Positions 59,996-64,000 of a DNA stretch of 64,000 nucleotides are shown here, piece after piece. Within the stretch, counting starts at the first letter, position 1; each line of letters opens with the position of its first letter. The stretch spans positions 40,262 to 104,261 of the forward strand of contig JAQWDH010000002.1 in assembly GCA_028705565.1 (NCBI GenBank). Reading direction: 5' to 3'. Under the pieces are notes generated by a model, which saw nothing but the letters and a program-made list of their open reading frames with translations, ran no database searches and was not told the DNA's origin. The position numbers and the translations under genes were made by a program. Origin of the DNA: Patescibacteria group bacterium (GTDB lineage Bacteria > Patescibacteriota > Patescibacteriia > Magasanikbacterales > GWA2-37-8).

Positions 59996-61183
59996 TCATT
60001 CCGACCTGTCTATCGCCTGCCTGCCGGGTAACAAATTTTTACTGGATACTCCTTTTGTCAAAAATTTCTGATAGTTTTCTCTATCAATCACTTCGTAGCC
60101 CGCTTCCGTGTAAGTTTTCAGCCAATCGGCCGGCGGTTTGGTTTTTTTCGCCGACCACTTAAATTCATATCCGAAAAGTTTTCCATCTCTTTCTTCAACC
60201 AAATCAATTTCTTTTTGGTCATAAGTCCGCCAAAAATAAAAATTCGCGTGTGTCTGTTCATTGTTTGCTCTTTTCATCTTTTCCACAACAAGCCAATTTT
60301 CAAACAATTCTCCGTAATCGGAACGTAATCGTAATGGATTAAAATTTCGTATCAAAGCGTTTCTTAAACCGATATCCGCAAAATAATACTTGGATGTTTT
60401 GCTAATTTCTTTACGCAAATTTCTGCTAAACCCTCGCAAATTTACAACCACGAACATTTTTTCCAATACATCTAAATAATTTTCCACTGATTTTTGGGAA
60501 ATGGACAAATTTTGCGCCAATTCCGACACGGAAACTTCCTTGCCTATCTGTAAAGCCAATAGAGCCAAAAGGTCAACCGCCTTTTTCGGTTTTCTTACAT
60601 TTTCAAAGGTTAAAATATCCTTATATAAATAATTATTCAAAAGTTCATACAAATAATTCTGTTTTTCTTCTTCACTCGCGAGCGTATGAATTTTCGGATA
60701 CATGCCAAAACGCAACATTTCTTCCAGAGCCGACTCAGGCGACATCATCTGAAAATTTTTTTTCAATTCTTTATATGATAAAGGAAATAATTGAAATGTG
60801 CTTGTTCTGCCGGTAAGCGGTTCATTTATTCTGTTTGCTATATCAAATGAAGATGAACCGGAAACAAGTATGGTAATAGGGAGATTGTCAACTAATAATT
60901 TCAACGAAAGACCAATATTTGGTATTCTTTGCGCTTCGTCAATTATCAATAATTTTTCTTCGCCCACTGTTCTTTTCAAAATTTCCAATTCATTTTTACC
61001 GAATAATTCCTGCGTGTACAAATCATCTCCCGTATAATACGGCGGTTCGTTTTTAAAATTTGAAATAATTGCTTTTATCAATGTTGTTTTTCCAGCTTGT
61101 CGAGGACCGTAAAGAATCACAACTTTTTGTTTTTCTTTTAAAGAATTTTCCACTTTTTCTTTTATAGTTCTATCAAATAGCAT
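59996..61183 (-). CDS. AAA+ ATPase with a DUF4143-like C-terminal domain
   Basis: Walker A GPRQAGKTT and Walker B LIIDEAQ. Confidence 0.7.
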   Translation of the reverse strand: MLFDRTIKEKVENSLKEKQKVVILYGPRQAGKTTLIKAIISNFKNEPPYYTGDDLYTQELFGKNELEILKRTVGEEKLLIIDEAQRIPNIGLSLKLLVDNLPITILVSGSSSFDIANRINEPLTGRTSTFQLFPLSYKELKKNFQMMSPESALEEMLRFGMYPKIHTLASEEEKQNYLYELLNNYLYKDILTFENVRKPKKAVDLLALLALQIGKEVSVSELAQNLSISQKSVENYLDVLEKMFVVVNLRGFSRNLRKEISKTSKYYFADIGLRNALIRNFNPLRLRSDYGELFENWLVVEKMKRANNEQTHANFYFWRTYDQKEIDLVEERDGKLFGYEFKWSAKKTKPPADWLKTYTEAGYEVIDRENYQKFLTKGVSSKNLLPGRQAIDRSE

Positions 61184-61258
61184 AAATTGGTCAAATCATA
61201 GTTATATCTATTTAGCTAAATAGATTATACCATAAATCTATACTTTATGTCAAATTAC

Positions 61259-63910
61259 TCAAAACGATCTCACTGCTCTGACATGTCCCCCCCCATAGCC
61301 TTTATCATCCGCATACTCCAAATCGCTATCAAAATACCTGTCCCATGATTGATACGCATTACTCTCTGACGAACTCCAATACCAACTGGTGAGGGAGAAA
61401 CCGCCAATAGCCACTCGGTTTAGATAAAGTTTGTTCAATTCATTTCTGCTTGGCAAATACCAATCGCTATAACCTCCCGATACCAGGTCATCGCATAACT
61501 TTGCGGCGCTGGTTGTATGACCAGCTTGACCCACGATAGCCGTTGTATTTGCCTGACCTGTTCCTATTGCGTCTGATGTTCCGGCTAACTGGTCTACTAC
61601 ATTGCTCCACGCCGTACCGACGCTTTGATCGCTCGCCATGGCTATTAAACCATGCTGTGTATTAGCGTCATAACCTGTGTCTCCTTCCGCTAAAATATAA
61701 GCCACTACGCCTCCTTGATAACTATCGCCAACAGCGACAGGAGTTGCCGATGCGGCACGAATTTTACCTCCGCCAAGCGCGTAAAGCTGTTTTATTTCGT
61801 TCAAAGACAAGGCGCGATTGTAAATGCGGATATCGTCTAAATTTCCTTTAAATTTATAACTGTCTGCATATCCACCAAACCTGCCAATCGCAACGCCATC
61901 AGTTGTCCCTCCGTTTGGGTTGGTTGTTATTGTGTCAGTTTTATCTAAAACGCCATCAATATAAATACTTTCTACCCAATTTCCAGAAGAACCGGAACGT
62001 GTTACGGCAAAATAATGCCAATAATTATCCGAAATAGAACGGTTGGAAATTATATTTGGACTATCAGCCGTATTCCAAAGACCTAATTTGTAATCGTTAT
62101 AACCAAAAACCAATGCATAATTTGCAACAACACCAGTAGAGTTTGTTATGATAGATTGAGATGAAGTATAATCTCCATTCAATTTAAACCAACCTGAAAG
62201 GGTCAAACTTCCTTGTTGGTTTAATGTTGTTTGAGTTCCAAGGTCTATATAATCATTACTCCCGTCAAACTTCCCCGCCTGACCGATTTTACCAGAAGAT
62301 ACAGCCACGCCGCCATTTCTTGTTCCATTATTTCCCTGTCCGCTTTTATCAAACACGGTCGTCGCGTTCACATCCTTGCCGTCAAATGTCCACCAACCCA
62401 CGAGACCGGATTTTAGATTATTATTTGTGGTTGGGGCGTTTTGAAGCGAGGATGCCTGTTTTGCTCCGCCAAGCGCGTAAAGCTGTTTGATTTCATTCAA
62501 AGACAAAGCGCGGTTGTAGATGCGGACATCGTCCAAACCTCCTTTCCACCAATCAACACCTAATGCGTCATTTCCAATATAAAAAGCACTGCTATTATCT
62601 GAAATTGCTGTATAACTTTGGCAAGTTCCCGCGGCAATGCCATTTCTGTATCCGCATGTTTGCGTTCCATCTGATACTAAAACTATATGCGTCCATTTGC
62701 CTCTATAATTTTCCATGTCCGTAAATATAATTTTCCCGCTTCCGCCGTCCAAAGCTATATATAAATTTCCAGCACCATATATTTCTATTTGATAACCCGG
62801 GTAAGGACTCCCACCCATTTTATGCATTATCGGCTGATAATTTGTGCCACCACTTTCTCTTTTTAACCAAAATGACCACGACATTTTCGCACCTGTGCCG
62901 GAGCCATCCAATGAGCCGTTTGTGGAAGCGTCTAAAATATAATTTCTGTCATTCACTCCATCAAACTTCCCCGCTTGACCGATTTTACCGGTTCCCATCG
63001 CCACTCCTCCATACCTTCCTACATTATTTCCCTGTCCGCTTTTATCAAACACGGTCGTCGCGTTCACATCCTTGCCGTCAAATGTCCACCAGCCGACGAG
63101 ACCGGATTTTATATTATTGTTTGGAGTTGGAGCATTTTGGAGCGAGGTCGCCTGTTTCGCTCCGCCAAGCGCGTAAAGCTGTTTTACCTCTGAAACGGAC
63201 AAAGAACGATTATACACACGAAAATCATCCAGAGAACCATTAAAAAAATTTGGTGTTGGTCCGCCTATTATTTCCGCGCCACTGGTCATGGCGGAAAACG
63301 AACAACTGCTGTCGCTGTCTTTTAAGACATTATCAACATACAAACGGTAACTACTGGCGTCCCAAGTAAAAACAATGTGTTTCCAAGCTTTTGGAAAAGT
63401 CCACGCAACTCCATTACTATATTCTCCGCTGTCTGGCATTCCTGTTGAACCTGCCCAATAAACATACATTGCTCCGCTGTTATGCACATATATTCTTGGT
63501 TTATTATCGCTAAACGAAATCAATGAACCATAATGAGAAATATTTGAATTTATCCAAAAACTTACTGTCCCACCAGTATTACTTACCACAGTGGAAAGGT
63601 CCGGGACTGACACCCGGCTACTTGACCCGTTTAACTTTCCGGCTTGCCCTATTTTACCGGCAATCGGTGTAATCGCAGTTTTGGTTCCATCTTTTCCGCC
63701 ACCGCTTTTATCAAACACGGTCGTCGCGTTCACATCCTTGCCGTCAAATGTCCACCAGCCGACGAGGCCTCTTGTTAAATTATTATTTGAGGTTGAAACA
63801 GCGGTGTTGGAAGAATTGATGATTGAAGATTGGACAGTAAAAAAAGGCCAGAGAAAGAGACCTGAAATTATAATGAAATATAAAAATTTTTTAGGGATTA
63901 TGTGGAGCAT
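61259..63910 (-). CDS. large surface protein with three tandem LamG/concanavalin-A-like lectin domains and a C-terminal DUF1566-like domain
   Basis: The unit LVGWWTFDGKDVNATTVFDKSG...LDD.R.YNRALS..E.KQLYALGG is repeated 3 times with near-identical DNA. The C-terminus has SDWYLPSRNELNKLYL. N-terminal signal/TM segment present. Confidence 0.6.
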   Translation of the reverse strand: MLHIIPKKFLYFIIISGLFLWPFFTVQSSIINSSNTAVSTSNNNLTRGLVGWWTFDGKDVNATTVFDKSGGGKDGTKTAITPIAGKIGQAGKLNGSSSRVSVPDLSTVVSNTGGTVSFWINSNISHYGSLISFSDNKPRIYVHNSGAMYVYWAGSTGMPDSGEYSNGVAWTFPKAWKHIVFTWDASSYRLYVDNVLKDSDSSCSFSAMTSGAEIIGGPTPNFFNGSLDDFRVYNRSLSVSEVKQLYALGGAKQATSLQNAPTPNNNIKSGLVGWWTFDGKDVNATTVFDKSGQGNNVGRYGGVAMGTGKIGQAGKFDGVNDRNYILDASTNGSLDGSGTGAKMSWSFWLKRESGGTNYQPIMHKMGGSPYPGYQIEIYGAGNLYIALDGGSGKIIFTDMENYRGKWTHIVLVSDGTQTCGYRNGIAAGTCQSYTAISDNSSAFYIGNDALGVDWWKGGLDDVRIYNRALSLNEIKQLYALGGAKQASSLQNAPTTNNNLKSGLVGWWTFDGKDVNATTVFDKSGQGNNGTRNGGVAVSSGKIGQAGKFDGSNDYIDLGTQTTLNQQGSLTLSGWFKLNGDYTSSQSIITNSTGVVANYALVFGYNDYKLGLWNTADSPNIISNRSISDNYWHYFAVTRSGSSGNWVESIYIDGVLDKTDTITTNPNGGTTDGVAIGRFGGYADSYKFKGNLDDIRIYNRALSLNEIKQLYALGGGKIRAASATPVAVGDSYQGGVVAYILAEGDTGYDANTQHGLIAMASDQSVGTAWSNVVDQLAGTSDAIGTGQANTTAIVGQAGHTTSAAKLCDDLVSGGYSDWYLPSRNELNKLYLNRVAIGGFSLTSWYWSSSESNAYQSWDRYFDSDLEYADDKGYGGGHVRAVRSF

Positions 63911-63924
63911 GTGGTATGGGGAGA

Positions 63925-64000
63925 AATTTTTAATTTTTAATTTTATAAATAAATCTTTCCGCCAGCAAAGACGAGTAAAAAATTCAAATTTTTAAATTAT
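63925..64000. repeat. Repeat boundary shared with 45995-46032 (aatttttaattttataaataaatctttccgcc); probably the edge of another MITE-family copy cut off by the window end
   Basis: About 40-nt near-identity between the two loci. Confidence 0.4.

Noticed and set aside
1-64000. CRISPR array / cas genes
   Set aside because: No regularly spaced direct repeats with unique spacers were found. The repeats present are palindromic MITE-like elements and protein-coding tandem repeats.

Overview
The window is a low-GC, gene-dense bacterial chromosome segment. Gene content (extended ribosomal proteins, split rplA / rpoBC, small metabolism set, large surface proteins) fits a Patescibacteria (CPR)-like genome with the standard genetic code.

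Core content:
- An almost complete str / S10 ribosomal super-operon on the minus strand, 1..10587: rpsL-rpsG-fusA-[orphan gene]-tuf-rpsJ-rplC-rplD-rplW-rplB-rpsS-rplV-rpsC-rplP-rpmC-rpsQ(partial).
- rpoB-rpoC (47089..54405, minus), unlinked from rplA, with a consensus promoter and an attenuator-like leader.
- A complete dTMP/dTTP synthesis cluster (27259..32337): dCMP deaminase, kinase, dUTPase, two-domain ThyX, Tmk.
- Housekeeping genes: tgt, rlmH, trpS, gatB, ruvA, ruvC, yebC, ileS, rpiB, rpe, trxB, a PfkB kinase, DJ-1/PfpI, SpoU methylase, mgtC, UvrD/PcrA helicase.
- Five tRNAs: Trp, Pro, Phe, Ala (Phe carries an intron; one apparent tRNA-Cys call was corrected to Ala).

Most notable observations:
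- tRNA-Phe(GAA) at 56007..56320 is interrupted by a 242-nt group I intron in the anticodon loop.
- A palindromic MITE-like repeat family is present, with one copy inserted in-frame inside tgt.
- A Phd/YefM-like acidic orphan gene sits between fusA and tuf.
- A dinD-like gene is split by a single in-frame TAA.
- G-tract repeat elements, a recurring CTGCC-N4-GGCAG hairpin motif, and an accessory island (SLT protein, histidine phosphatase, Fic, protease remnant) lie next to the str operon.

No CRISPR array, reverse transcriptase or rRNA gene was seen.
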